64,000 bases of DNA from Moniliella sp. 'wahieum' (Eukaryota): positions 124,001 through 188,000 of the forward strand of contig RSEE01000016.1 of assembly GCA_003971905.1 (NCBI GenBank), given 5' to 3'. This document shows, in pieces, positions 63,435 through 64,000 of this stretch. Made by a program: the position numbers and the translations under genes. The notes beneath the pieces were generated by a model, which did not search any database, was not told the DNA's origin, and saw only the letters and a program-made list of their open reading frames with translations. The first letter of the stretch is position 1, and every line of letters starts with the position of its first letter.

Positions 63435-64000
63435 TTACTTGATCGTGCTGCCCGAGGCACCCAAAGATGAAGAGCCGCGCTGGAACGGGAGAATGGAGAA
63501 AGGAAGCCCGAACTCTTGCCCATCGGCTGGGCCAAGTTGAACTCCGATTCGCGCAAGAGGGGGGTCGACTTGCCCGTGGCCAAACCAGTACTGGGCGCAC
63601 GGAAACGCATTTGGCGTGCGGGCCAGCCAGCATACACACCCTGCTTCGGCAATCTCACCTGACGCGACAAGCGTGTGCTCGTACAGCATCGAATGCGGTT
63701 CCATGCTCGCACCCGACAAGAGACGCGATCCTGTGCGCAGCGCACAGCCGTCACCAATGGTCAATCGGTTGAGACTAAACGACCACGCGAGTTGATGTGG
63801 GCCCAACCGACGCATCGTCCAGACTGACTTTGTTGCCCATCGTAACCATCTGGTTCGGTGAGTTGCAAACTCGGCTTACCCCCGGCCCAGATAGCACAGT
63901 CCTTCCCGATCGTCGCGCCAAGGAGACGAAGGTAGAGCACGGCGTACCATGTGCCCGAGATGCAGCCCACGATCCGGCCGCCAAAGCCGCGGCCGAGCAG
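63435..64000 (-). CDS. C-terminal part of a Pls/PosA-like NRPS-related protein (LpxA-like terminal domain); continues beyond window
   Basis: ISGTWYAVLYLRLLGATIGKDCAIW..TEPD(M)VTMG..VSLDDASV..HINSRG.FSLNRLTIGDGCALRTGSRLLSGASME..SMLYEHTLV.SGE....YAGWPA. Confidence 0.75.

Overview
This is a GC-rich, intron-poor fungal window from a basidiomycete, probably Ustilaginomycotina-like (inferred from gene content and short GT..CTGAC..AG introns). Nearly every conserved gene is broken by 1-bp frameshifts, which points to an unpolished long-read assembly, so CDS limits are reconstructed and approximate. The core block at about 23-62 kb encodes mitochondrial Rsm24, a tandem-HMG protein, a G3BP/Bre5-like protein, eIF4A, p24, a WDR83-like protein, Rad18, a Tra2-like RRM protein, Arc15, a GH32, an Ebp1-like protein, an Rds1-like protein, a mucin-like membrane protein, tRNA-Pro and Pmr1. 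The 3' end of a Pls/PosA-like NRPS-related gene lies at the right edge. The first 23 kb is repeat-rich. It holds an SSUH2-like zinc-finger gene, relics of a CRE/Cnl1-like RLE retrotransposon, a MITE-like foldback, an aberrant tRNA, and a divergent acyltransferase-3 / GT2 synthase pair. The strongest unexplained signal is an intergenic repeat grammar of phased 7-bp units, each TGA/TAA plus a variable 4-bp palindrome, clustered upstream of genes. It may be the scar of a TNA-targeted cut and fold-back repair process.
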